DNA of 64,000 nucleotides from Deltaproteobacteria bacterium (GTDB lineage: Bacteria; Myxococcota_A; UBA9160; SZUA-336), in the NCBI GenBank assembly GCA_029261895.1, contig JAJDAK010000011.1, positions 3,424 to 67,423 of the forward strand, in the 5' to 3' direction. The stretch's first letter is position 1, and the number at the start of each line of letters is the position of its first letter. The notes below the pieces were generated by a model. That model was not told where the DNA came from. It searched no databases and saw only the letters and a program-made list of their open reading frames with translations. Shown here piece after piece: positions 1-8,969 of the stretch. The translations under genes were made by a program, and so were the position numbers.

Positions 1-485
1 AGGGCAGCGCAGAGTTCGAGGATTTCGCCTTCTTCCAAGAGAAACCGCTGCGATGGTCGCGCATGCCGCTCGAGATTGAGGCGTGTAGGAATTTCACAGA
101 TAAAACAGCCACCTGGGGCGAGTGCTTCAATCACCGCCGCAAAGAGGTCTCGCTGCAGGTAGTGAAAGCAACTGATCAAATCAAACCGACCTTCCGGTAA
201 CGATTCACTGGCTAAATCAAGCACCTGTATCTTCAGCGCAAGTTCACGCTTCTGCGCTTCTGCGCTGGCACGCTCCAGCCCCACCGCGGACACATCAACC
301 GCGAGGACCGAATAGCCCTGTGCCGCCAGCCAGAGCGCGACCGTGCCGGTACCTGAGGCGAGATCGAGAGCGCGACCGCAGGGTAAATCGAGTTCGAGCT
401 CGGAAATCCAATCCGGTCCAGCGCCCGGTGGATGCGAACCTTCCGCGTATCGCTGATCCCAACGCACGCGATCCTGCTCCGACAA
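1..485 (-). CDS. Class I SAM-dependent methyltransferase (TehB-like), 3' end runs off the window
   Basis: Translated by hand from TTG at 485: MSEQDRVRWDQRY...RALDLASGTG...VLAVDVS...FDLISCFHYLQR. Contains SAM-binding motif I. Not in the ORF track because it is partial. Confidence 0.8.
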   Translation of the reverse strand, partial: MSEQDRVRWDQRYAEGSHPPGAGPDWISELELDLPCGRALDLASGTGTVALWLAAQGYSVLAVDVSAVGLERASAEAQKRELALKIQVLDLASESLPEGRFDLISCFHYLQRDLFAAVIEALAPGGCFICEIPTRLNLERHARPSQRFLLEEGEILELCAA

Positions 486-486
486 G

Positions 487-1644
487 CTAGTGATGAAACA
501 GACGGATGCCGCTGTGCACCATCGTGATGCCGTACTCTTCGCAGGCGGCGTTGACATCGTCGTCACGGGCCGAACCACCGGGTTGCGCGATAAAGCTCAC
601 ACCGTGCTTCGCACAGTGGTCGATATTATCGCGAAACGGAATGAAGCCATCGGAAACCATCGACACGCCGTTGAGTTTGGCGGCCCAGTCGCGCTTCTCC
701 TCTGAACCGAGCGCGGGTTTCGGCTGCTCCAATACGTCATTGAATGCGGCTTGTTCAGACGTGGTGAGATCGCCCTCGATAAAGCGGACGCGCCAATTGA
801 TACGATCCTGACGCCTCACACCTTTCTTGAAGCGTAAGCCGAGCACACGCGGATGACGTCCCATATGCCAGACATCCGCCTTAGCGCCCGCAAGCTTGGT
901 GCAATCAACACGGGACTGTTGTCCGGCGCCGATGCCGATCATCTGACCATCCAACGCATAGCCGACTGAGTTGGATTGCGTGTACTTCAAGGTGATCAAA
1001 CCCAGGACAAGATCACGGCGAGCTGCATCGGTCAGTTCGCCGGTAACGACGGACGCAAGATCGTCCAGCGTGATCACGCGATTGTTACGGTCTTGCACCA
1101 AGCGCATGCCATAGATCTCTCGGGTCTCACGTTCTGGCGGGATAAAACCTGGATCCGCCTTCATCACAATGAACGAGCCGCCCTTCTTGGCAGCCAAGGT
1201 CTTGAGCGCAGCAGAATCATAGTCGGGCGCCACGATGCCATCGGAGATCACGCCTTTGAGAAAGTCAGCGGTGCTCTGATCGACAGGGGTCGACAGCGCA
1301 ACAAAATCGCCAAACGAACTCTTCGGATCGGCGCCCCGCGCCCGGACATAGGCCAATGCAGCGGGCGTAAGCTCGCGTCCCTCGACCTCGTAGGCGCGGG
1401 ATAACTCGGCGGGCAGCTCAACCGCCACCGCCGCACCCGCTGGCGAAACATGTTTGAAGCTCGCAGCTGCAGGCAAGCCGAGCGCTTCCCCGGCCTCGGC
1501 AGCCAGCTGCCAAGCATTCAACGCATCGAGCAGATTGATGATTGAGGGCGTGCCGTTTAAGACCTCAAGCGGCCGCGTACCTTCAGTCAAAGGCTCCGCA
1601 GACGCATAGGCTTGATGTGGGTTGCAACCGTACTTGAGTCGCAT
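487..1644 (-). CDS. purH: AICAR transformylase (stand-alone PurH formyltransferase domain, no IMP cyclohydrolase domain)
   Basis: LKYGCNPHQ, SFKHVSPAG, KYTQSNSV, GAGQQSRVDC, SDGFIPFRDN, QPGGS and RLFHH motifs. Start reassigned to ATG at 1644, which has an upstream GGAGG. Confidence 0.9.
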   Translation of the reverse strand: MRLKYGCNPHQAYASAEPLTEGTRPLEVLNGTPSIINLLDALNAWQLAAEAGEALGLPAAASFKHVSPAGAAVAVELPAELSRAYEVEGRELTPAALAYVRARGADPKSSFGDFVALSTPVDQSTADFLKGVISDGIVAPDYDSAALKTLAAKKGGSFIVMKADPGFIPPERETREIYGMRLVQDRNNRVITLDDLASVVTGELTDAARRDLVLGLITLKYTQSNSVGYALDGQMIGIGAGQQSRVDCTKLAGAKADVWHMGRHPRVLGLRFKKGVRRQDRINWRVRFIEGDLTTSEQAAFNDVLEQPKPALGSEEKRDWAAKLNGVSMVSDGFIPFRDNIDHCAKHGVSFIAQPGGSARDDDVNAACEEYGITMVHSGIRLFHH

Positions 1645-1676
1645 GGAATCCTCCGTCGCTGCGCGCGGAGCATACC

Positions 1677-2636
1677 CTAGGAGATCGGCGCTTGTCTCAT
1701 CAGTTCGATTCCCGCGTGTGGAGCGTCGGTGGTATGCACCACGGTAAGCGCAACCCCGCCAGCGGTATGTTCGGTGCGGATGCAAATTGGGATGCTCGGC
1801 TCAGAGCTTTCGACTGCATCTCGAATCAACTGTTCGAGCATGGGTCCAACTTCAGCGGGGTCGAATCCGAGTTTCGGCAGGTCTTCTACCAGCGAGAGTT
1901 CGACCACCAATTTATGGTCTTCGAGTAACGCACGACTGCGGTCGACCGCGGTGATGACCAAATCATTGAGCGTGGCCGGCCATTGCCGCGAAACCGTGGG
2001 GACCGAAGAAGTCGTGGCGTCTCGAATCGCGGTTGCGCAGCGCCGCGTCATGCGGAGCACATCGCGTAACGCGCGCTCCATCGCCTGAAAAGAGTCCGGA
2101 CCTGAACGCTCCATCAACGCGCACTCTGCCGCCATCTGAATGGTCGCTAGCCGATTGTTGAGCGAATGCGCGAGCTGGTCGATCGCCTGCACGGCCGGTT
2201 CAGCCCCGATCGCGGGCTCATCGTGTACTCGATCCAGCATCCGCCCGACACCGACAATCTGGGTACTGCCATCGTTCGATAGCGTGGCTGTTACTAAAAT
2301 CTCATAGAGGCAGCTCTGGCCTTCGCGTTTCTTCAAGCGAAGCTTGAAACATCGAGGCAACCGACTCGAACGCAGCTCGGTCAACTCCTGTGTCAGCTGT
2401 TTCCAATCCTGCACATGCACGATGTCGGAAATCGGCGCGCCGTGGAGTTCTTCCTGGGTGTAACCCAGGCGCTCTGAACCACCGCGATTCGTGAAGGTGA
2501 CATGATCTTCAGCATCGAGCTCGAAGACGAGATCGGAGATCGCATCCAGGATTCGGCGTGAACGATCCCGCTCCGCGCCGAGGTTCTCACGCGGTGCACC
2601 CCCTCTGGGCGGGCGGCTGGGATCGTCATATAGCAT
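1677..2636 (-). CDS. PAS-domain sensor histidine kinase-like protein with a degenerate/truncated ATPase domain
   Basis: PAS domain (LGYTQEELHG...VHVQDW) and H-box LAHSLNNRL. The N-box is degenerate and no G1/G2 boxes occur before the stop. Start uncertain. Confidence 0.7.
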   Translation of the reverse strand: MLYDDPSRPPRGGAPRENLGAERDRSRRILDAISDLVFELDAEDHVTFTNRGGSERLGYTQEELHGAPISDIVHVQDWKQLTQELTELRSSRLPRCFKLRLKKREGQSCLYEILVTATLSNDGSTQIVGVGRMLDRVHDEPAIGAEPAVQAIDQLAHSLNNRLATIQMAAECALMERSGPDSFQAMERALRDVLRMTRRCATAIRDATTSSVPTVSRQWPATLNDLVITAVDRSRALLEDHKLVVELSLVEDLPKLGFDPAEVGPMLEQLIRDAVESSEPSIPICIRTEHTAGGVALTVVHTTDAPHAGIELMRQAPIS

Positions 2637-2705
2637 GAGCCAATACCCCCGGCGCCAATTCTCGCAGGATACCCTTTTTCGACGCCAACGGAGTCCCAGC
2701 CGTTG

Positions 2706-2731
2706 TAGAATATCGTCTGACACACCGTCAG
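2706..2731 (+). promoter_or_regulatory. -10 element TAGAAT (2706-2711) plus operator CTGAC-acacc-GTCAG (2717-2731)
   Basis: Perfect 5-bp-arm palindrome upstream of the fusion gene. The same motif occurs at four other promoter or start regions in the window. Confidence 0.7.
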
Positions 2732-2755
2732 TTTTCTGTGAAGGGAAAGGATCAG

Positions 2756-5700
2756 ATGCCAGCGCGGTACCTCATGGGCTTGGACCTCGGCGGCAGCGGA
2801 GGGCGCTGCCTATTACTGGATCCGGATTCCGGAGAGCAGTTCGTGAGCACGCGCGCCTGGCGCCACGCTCCGGTTCAAGACCAGGGCAATCTCGCTTTCA
2901 ACCTTAACTTTAATGAAATCGATCAAGCCCTTACCAACACCATTGCTGAGGCGCTGGAGCTGGCGGGAGCACAGGCTTCGGACATCGCTGGAATCGCGTG
3001 TACCGGAATGCGCCACGGCATGGTCCTGACCGATCGCGACCTGCAACCCATCTTCGCGGTCCCGACCCGCGATACACGAGCTGCGCTCAGCATCGGCGAA
3101 CTGGTGAACAGCGTCGGACCGCGCTGTTTGGAAGAATGCGGTTCCTGGCCGAACCCGGTTCATCTGGCTACCCGACTGCGCTGGCTCGCAACCACCCAAG
3201 ACGAGCTTTGGCGAGAGGCGAGCTGCGTGCTCGGCATCGGCGAATACTTTGCAGCGCGGCTCAGCGGCGAAGCCGCTGCGGAGCCCTCCCAAGCCAGTGC
3301 CAGCGTGTTGTTGAATCTCGCGAGCCGCGATTGGGCCTGGAACTTAATAGATGACTTGAACTTTCCACGTGAACTCTTTCCAGCAGTTCGTGTTGCAGGA
3401 TCTCCGCTTGGACATGTCACAGACGAGGCCGCCTCGGCGCTTGGATTGACGCCCGGCACGCCGGTGATCATCGGCGCTGGCGATACGCATGCTGCGTTGC
3501 TGGCGGCTGGCGTTGTGGAGCCCGGGCAGATAGGTATCTGTGCCGGTAGCACGGCTCCGCTCATGGGCGTTCTCGAGACGCCGCGCATCGATCCCGACGG
3601 TCGCCTTTGGGTCGAACCCCATATCATTCCTGGACGCTCGGTCGTTGAAAGCAACGCCGGTGGCGTCGGTGAAGCGCTCGAATGGTTCGCCCGCTTGCTC
3701 TTCCGCGATGAGATCTACCCGATGGATCACCTCTTTGCGAACGCCGCCGAAGCCAGGCTTGGATCCCGCGGGGTGCTTTCGACTTTAGGGCCGCAGGTGA
3801 TGGACGGAAAGTCGCTCGCTTTCCCCCTCGGCCGTATTCACCTCACACCGTTTTCACTGATCGACACCGCAGCCGATCGCGCGGATCTCGCGCGTGGTGT
3901 GGTGGAAGGGATCGCCTATGGGTTGCGCGCTAACGCCGAACAAATCATCGCGCATATGGGGACGGTCCCCGAGGAAATCGTAATTACCGGTGGACTGGCG
4001 AGGAATACATTCTTCACTCAACTCTTGAGTGATGTATTGAATCGCCCTGTTGCGGTAGCCAAAGGCGAGCAGACCACGGCGCTGGGAGCTGCACTCTCTG
4101 CCGGGGTCGGTGTAGGCGTATTCGAGAATCTCAGCCAGGCCAGCGCAGTCACGCGTGCTGTGGAACGCCGACATGAACCCCATCCCGATCACGCCGCCGC
4201 CTACGAGTCGATCTACCAAGGTTGGTCGCGTGTTCGTAATGCGGCGATGCCCGGGGATGCCGAGGCGGCCGGCTTGACGATCCAGACTTCGCTGCGTGAA
4301 GCACCAGCGGTCCAATCCTCAGCCGCGCTGCGTTTTCGTCCGAAGATTCTGGTGACCGCTGAATTGGATGCGTTGAGCCTCGAGCGGCTGCAGAATTTGG
4401 GTGACGTCGAGTACGCGAGTTTTCGCGACGCCATGCGGTTGCTCACGGGACCCGACTTGGTCGAAGCCCTCAAAGGCGTACACATCTTCATCACGGAAGT
4501 GGATGTTGTTGACGCTGCGGTGCTCGAACAAGCGACAGACCTCCGGGCGATCGCCATCTGTCGCAGCGACGCGGTAAACGTGGACCTCGAAGCCTGTACC
4601 GCCGTTGGCATCCCCGCGTTGCACGCACCCGGTCGCAATGCCGACGCGGTGGCGGATCTCACACTCACCTACATGCTCACACTGGCGCGCAAATGGGTCG
4701 ATGCCACGCAGTTTCTGCAGCGTCCCGGCGGCGAGGCCGGCGACATGGCGCGGATGGGTCAGGCGTTTCAGGAACTCCTGGGTCACGAGCTTTGGCAGAA
4801 AACCGTCGGCTTGGTTGGCCTGGGTGCCGTGGGTCGACAGGTCGCGAAACGTCTGCAAGCATTCGGCGCAAAGCTCTTGGTCTTCGATCCATATCTCCCG
4901 TCTCAGGCCGCGCGTGTGCTTGGCGCAGAACCCGTTGATTTAGACGAGCTACTCACGCGCAGTGATTTCGTCAGCCTGCACGCTCCCGTTACTCCCACGA
5001 CTGAAGGGATGATCGGTGGGCCCGAGTTCGGACGCATGAAACAGGGTGCGATGTTGATCAACTCGGCTCGCGCTGCGTTGGTCGACTACGACGCGTTGAT
5101 CACGAGTTTAAAGAGCGGTCACTTGGGTGGCGCCGCGGTGGATGTCTTTCCGATCGAACCGCCCGCGGCCGACGACCCGCTGCTCTCCATACCCAATTTG
5201 ATCGCGACGCCACATATCGGTGGGAACACCGTGGAGGTCGGCGCCCACCAGGGCGAGATTATTACGGACGATCTCACACGCATGCTCCGCGGCGAAGCGC
5301 CGCAGCACGCGTTGAATCCCGCTGCACTCGAGCGGTTCCGTTGGGACGGAAGTCGGGAAACCCTGGACACCGACACCTGGGATGACCTCAAGCGCGCCGC
5401 AGGTCCGACGGTCTCGGGTCCACAGAGGGCACCCGCCGTTGCAGCGGTTGCGGCAAAGCCCGAGACGGATCCAGCCTCGCGCCGCGACGACGCACAGTAC
5501 GTGAACGCGCGAGCCAAGATGCAGCCGCTTCTCGGAGCATTCGTGGCGGATTGTCTGGACGATGATGCGCTCGGCACGTTCGCTAACGGCAAATCCGTCA
5601 TCCTGCATTTCATCTTGAACGATCTCGACTTGGACTTTCAGCTGGGCTTTGCGGGTGACCGTGTCATCGGTGAGCTAGGCGCACCGAATCCAGATCCTGA

Positions 5701-6580
5701 CGTACAGCTAAAAATGAAAGCCGATATTTTCGACGGCATGTTCACGGATCGCGTCAATCCAATGCAGGCTGCGATGAACGGAAAGCTCAGCTTCAGCGGC
5801 GATACCGCGAAAGCGATGACGCTGCAACAGATTCAAGCGGATCTCTCACGAATCTACAGCGCCACACGCGAGAGAGTTGGAGATCCCGGGGATCTCGGCG
5901 CGCTCGAGCCTGCTTCGGCCGCGGTTTCGGTCCCGGAAGGCGGCGAGGGCCAAGCGTTGAAACAGGAATTGGTCGACGTGGTGAACGAACTCTATTCCAC
6001 ACAGTTGATCACGGCGACCGGCGGGAACGTCAGCGCGCGAATTCCGGAAACGGACGAACTCTGGATCACACCCAGCCAACTCTTTAAGGGCGACCTCTCG
6101 CCCGAAATCCTGGTGCGCATCGATATTGAGGGCAAGGCGGTGGGAGACCAAGCCCTCTCGGCGTCGAGCGAACGTATGATGCACTGCGCGATTCTGAAAG
6201 CGAAACCGGAAGCGCAGGCCGTTGTTCACGCGCACGCCCCCCATGCGACCATTCTTGCCAATACCGGCCTCCCCTTCTTACCGATCTCCACTGAAGCGGC
6301 GTTCTTCTCGGAGATCCCACGCATACCGTTCATCATGCCGGGTACGAACGAGCTCGCAGAGGCTATCGCGGAAGCGATCGGTGATGGTTGGGCGGTCTTG
6401 ATGCAAAATCATGGGTTGTTGGTCGCGGGTCGCAGCCTGCGCCGAGCCGCAGACATGGTCGAAATCATTGAACGCACCTGTGAAGTGATTCTGGGTTGCT
6501 ACGCCGTCGGTAAAGAACCGCCCGTGCTACCCGAAGAAACCGTTGCGATCTTGCGAGAGATGGGCGACCTCGTCGCCTAG
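2756..6580 (+). CDS. Four-domain fusion: FGGY carbohydrate kinase + D-2-hydroxyacid dehydrogenase + SCP2 lipid-binding domain + class II aldolase
   Basis: FGGY: GLDLGGSG, GAGDT, TGGLARN. Dehydrogenase: GLVGLGAVG, INSARA, ATPHIGG. SCP2: NPMQAAMNGKLSFSGD. Aldolase II: TGGNVSAR, SSE, HAHAPH, NHG. Confidence 0.88.
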   Translation: MPARYLMGLDLGGSGGRCLLLDPDSGEQFVSTRAWRHAPVQDQGNLAFNLNFNEIDQALTNTIAEALELAGAQASDIAGIACTGMRHGMVLTDRDLQPIFAVPTRDTRAALSIGELVNSVGPRCLEECGSWPNPVHLATRLRWLATTQDELWREASCVLGIGEYFAARLSGEAAAEPSQASASVLLNLASRDWAWNLIDDLNFPRELFPAVRVAGSPLGHVTDEAASALGLTPGTPVIIGAGDTHAALLAAGVVEPGQIGICAGSTAPLMGVLETPRIDPDGRLWVEPHIIPGRSVVESNAGGVGEALEWFARLLFRDEIYPMDHLFANAAEARLGSRGVLSTLGPQVMDGKSLAFPLGRIHLTPFSLIDTAADRADLARGVVEGIAYGLRANAEQIIAHMGTVPEEIVITGGLARNTFFTQLLSDVLNRPVAVAKGEQTTALGAALSAGVGVGVFENLSQASAVTRAVERRHEPHPDHAAAYESIYQGWSRVRNAAMPGDAEAAGLTIQTSLREAPAVQSSAALRFRPKILVTAELDALSLERLQNLGDVEYASFRDAMRLLTGPDLVEALKGVHIFITEVDVVDAAVLEQATDLRAIAICRSDAVNVDLEACTAVGIPALHAPGRNADAVADLTLTYMLTLARKWVDATQFLQRPGGEAGDMARMGQAFQELLGHELWQKTVGLVGLGAVGRQVAKRLQAFGAKLLVFDPYLPSQAARVLGAEPVDLDELLTRSDFVSLHAPVTPTTEGMIGGPEFGRMKQGAMLINSARAALVDYDALITSLKSGHLGGAAVDVFPIEPPAADDPLLSIPNLIATPHIGGNTVEVGAHQGEIITDDLTRMLRGEAPQHALNPAALERFRWDGSRETLDTDTWDDLKRAAGPTVSGPQRAPAVAAVAAKPETDPASRRDDAQYVNARAKMQPLLGAFVADCLDDDALGTFANGKSVILHFILNDLDLDFQLGFAGDRVIGELGAPNPDPDVQLKMKADIFDGMFTDRVNPMQAAMNGKLSFSGDTAKAMTLQQIQADLSRIYSATRERVGDPGDLGALEPASAAVSVPEGGEGQALKQELVDVVNELYSTQLITATGGNVSARIPETDELWITPSQLFKGDLSPEILVRIDIEGKAVGDQALSASSERMMHCAILKAKPEAQAVVHAHAPHATILANTGLPFLPISTEAAFFSEIPRIPFIMPGTNELAEAIAEAIGDGWAVLMQNHGLLVAGRSLRRAADMVEIIERTCEVILGCYAVGKEPPVLPEETVAILREMGDLVA

Positions 6581-7650
6581 GACTGAACCGTTCGCTTGCC
6601 CAAGAGATTGAGCTTGTAGCGACGTATCGTCTCGGGGGCGATCCGTTGACCATCGGTGCTCTCAAATGCGAGCGCGTCCATCGGGCATTGCACGACGCAA
6701 GCACCACAGCGCACACAACGATCGTCATGAGCCAAAATCGCTTTACGAGGCTCTGATTGTTTTTCGAAGCACGCTTCCGGACAAACCTCCCAACATGAGA
6801 ACACGCCCTGGCAACGATCCCGGTCTAGAGAGATCCGCCACTCGCGCTCCGCAAAATGACTTCCACCTTCAATAGGCGTTGAACCGGAGTAATCGAATGT
6901 CAGTACACCGGACAAAAACCATGTCGAGAGAAATGCAGCAGCCCAGGTGCTCGGACCCCCATGGATACAAAGGACCACGAGTGCAGCGACCGCAGTTGCA
7001 AGTAGCGTGAACAAGGTTCTTCGCGGTTCTGGCAAGCGGTCATAGAACTGAAACATGGTGATCGCAAGGACGACCGCCCAAATGACAATCGGCAAGGCGA
7101 ACTCGGAAAATGCAAACGCCCCAACGCCACCGACTACGATCGCCGTAGGAGTCGCCCAGGCGGCCGCCATTTCCAAGCGTTCACGCGTGCCGAAGCGTAC
7201 GCGCCGCATTGCGTCGTCTTTCTTCGCGCCACGCGCGAGATAGCGCGGAATATCTACTGCATCCACGGGACCGAAACGAACCTTCCAACCACAGCGGCGT
7301 GACACCTCGCGTGCTTCAACGCCCGTCGCCGCCAGTTGAGGCAAGATCGCACGCCGATGGGTGACTCGATCTTCGATGCCCGAAGTTTTGAGCGCACTCA
7401 CGACCTGATGCGTGCTGAAGTGTCCTCCCGCAGCCGCGCACCAGATATTGATGCCCGAACTCGGCGCAACGACCAGCCACGCGTCCATACCTTTGAGGGC
7501 TCGGATCACAGACCGAACCGTGAAATCGTAGTTCCCGGTCACGAGTACCGGACTGCTCGAATCCGGTTGCCCGATCGCTCGCAGGCCCGGTTCGGTCGAC
7601 CAGGGAAAAAGACGAAAGCCGGTTTGCATGACGTTGCGCAAGAGACTCAT
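6577..7650 (-). CDS. HgcAB-like fusion protein (corrinoid-binding domain + transmembrane region + two-cluster ferredoxin)
   Basis: SPVLVTGNY, cap-helix-like GINIWCAAAGG, ILPQLAATG and FGPV, about 5 hydrophobic helices, then CQGVFSCWEVCP and CVRCGACVVQCP. The ATG at 7650 overlaps the upstream stop (ATGA). Confidence 0.88.
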   Translation of the reverse strand: MSLLRNVMQTGFRLFPWSTEPGLRAIGQPDSSSPVLVTGNYDFTVRSVIRALKGMDAWLVVAPSSGINIWCAAAGGHFSTHQVVSALKTSGIEDRVTHRRAILPQLAATGVEAREVSRRCGWKVRFGPVDAVDIPRYLARGAKKDDAMRRVRFGTRERLEMAAAWATPTAIVVGGVGAFAFSEFALPIVIWAVVLAITMFQFYDRLPEPRRTLFTLLATAVAALVVLCIHGGPSTWAAAFLSTWFLSGVLTFDYSGSTPIEGGSHFAEREWRISLDRDRCQGVFSCWEVCPEACFEKQSEPRKAILAHDDRCVRCGACVVQCPMDALAFESTDGQRIAPETIRRYKLNLLGKRTVQS

Positions 7651-8300
7651 GGGTTTGGCTGCGCGACAATAACGACGAGCGTTCCAAACAAAAACCGCTG
7701 CTCGTGATGGATACGAAACCCGGCGCCCGTAATTTCTTCGACAAGATTGGGAATCGGTCGTGACACTGAACCGACCCAGAACCAACCCAACAAGGCTTGC
7801 GGAACACGCATGAAGGCAAATGTAATGCGTGCAAACACGCCAGATGGGCGCACTTCGTCGGCGATAACCAACAATCCACCGGCGCGAATACATTCGCGCG
7901 CGGACTTGAGCACGTGGTGACGCTCTAGACGCGAGAGTTCAGAGAATGCAAAACTTGCAACGACGGCATCGAACTCTCCGGGTTCAAACTGATCGACCTC
8001 GGCAGCGGTTTGTTCGAGCCAGCGTAAGTTTTGGGCATCCACGAGACGTGTTTTTGCAATCGCAAGCATCTCCGGATTCTGGTCCAGCGCCACCACACGG
8101 GCACCGCGAGCCACCAGCTTCGCCGTAAGCGATCCCGTACCACAACCGATTTCGAGTACGTGAGTTCCGTGCACCGATACCGCAGCGTCTGCGACCGCAC
8201 GATGTATCCGTCTTGCCCGTCCCAACGTTAGTATGTTCATACCCACGTCGTAGCGTTCGGGCGTCGACTCGAGCCATCGCATCAGCGCAAGCGAACTCAT
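7647..8300 (-). CDS. cpaM: Class I SAM-dependent methyltransferase, corrinoid protein-associated (CpaM-like, UbiE fold)
   Basis: VLEIGCGTG, FDAVVASF and GGLLVIADE motifs. N-terminus LMRWLESTPERYD. Translationally coupled to the HgcAB-like gene. Confidence 0.78.
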   Translation of the reverse strand: MSSLALMRWLESTPERYDVGMNILTLGRARRIHRAVADAAVSVHGTHVLEIGCGTGSLTAKLVARGARVVALDQNPEMLAIAKTRLVDAQNLRWLEQTAAEVDQFEPGEFDAVVASFAFSELSRLERHHVLKSARECIRAGGLLVIADEVRPSGVFARITFAFMRVPQALLGWFWVGSVSRPIPNLVEEITGAGFRIHHEQRFLFGTLVVIVAQPNP

Positions 8301-8878
8301 GCTGCTAGCACCTTGCGAACACTCATCACTAAGGCTGTTTCAAGTCCGCCGATATCATCAAACGCTCGCCGATCCGCCAGGTACTGCAGAAGCAGACCAT
8401 CCATCGACGCGATCAAAAACGACGCCGTCCAAACTGAATCGAGGTTCGAATCAATCGATCCATCGCGCTGGCCTTCAGCGATCACCTCGGCGAGCAATTG
8501 ACGAATACGCCGAAAAAAATTTCGAAAGTCCAATGCTCGCAACGTGTGCAGGTCGAGCGTGATCGATCCGTTCCGCGACCAGGCTTCAAAGACGTGGCTC
8601 ATTCCAGTCATCAACTGCTCGATACGGCGCGTCGATTCGCCTTTCGACTCCAAGACGCCCCGGAATAGCTTTTCTTCGCTCTCGAGGAGATCACGCGCGA
8701 TGTCGCGAACCAACGACGACTTGTCGGGGTAGTAGTGGTACAGACTTGATCGACCCATACCGGCCGCATCCGCCACCGCGGCAAGCCCGGTGCCTTTGAT
8801 ACCCCGACGTCCAAACACACGCCGAGCGGCAGTTCGAATCTCGGCTTTCTGCGCCACACCATCGACGATCTTTGGCAT
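8297..8878 (-). CDS. TetR/AcrR family transcriptional regulator
   Basis: HTH AVADAAGMGRSSLYHYYPDK. Stop overlaps the methyltransferase start. Confidence 0.92.
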   Translation of the reverse strand: MPKIVDGVAQKAEIRTAARRVFGRRGIKGTGLAAVADAAGMGRSSLYHYYPDKSSLVRDIARDLLESEEKLFRGVLESKGESTRRIEQLMTGMSHVFEAWSRNGSITLDLHTLRALDFRNFFRRIRQLLAEVIAEGQRDGSIDSNLDSVWTASFLIASMDGLLLQYLADRRAFDDIGGLETALVMSVRKVLAA

Positions 8879-8889
8879 TGCTTCCTCGT

Positions 8890-8925
8890 TTTCGACAGTA
8901 TTGTCGAAATAAACCCAACGGTCAA
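8890..8925 (-). promoter_or_regulatory. sigma70-type promoter TTGACC-17-AATACT with overlapping palindromic operator TTTCGACA-gtat-TGTCGAAA (8890-8909)
   Basis: Perfect 8-bp-arm inverted repeat covering the -10 element just upstream of tetR. This is the typical geometry of TetR autoregulation. Confidence 0.72.
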
Positions 8926-8969
8926 TCGAAACATCTCAGTGATTCGAATCGAGGGATCGCCCGGGCGGG

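Noticed and set aside
6577-7650. Calling this a bona fide hgcA/hgcB mercury-methylation locus
   Set aside because: It is a fused form. The cap helix lacks the GK ending, the first ferredoxin motif lacks its second Cys, the second reads CVRCGAC rather than C(M/I)ECGAC, and there is no C-terminal Cys tail. Methylation cannot be inferred.
7651-7893. N-terminal extensions given by the ORF track (also at 1645-1785, 23846-23968, 37423-37524, 50066-50194 and 58956-59054)
   Set aside because: Most overlap neighbouring genes, and all lack family-like sequence. Downstream starts with RBS, coupled stops or family-like N-termini fit better.
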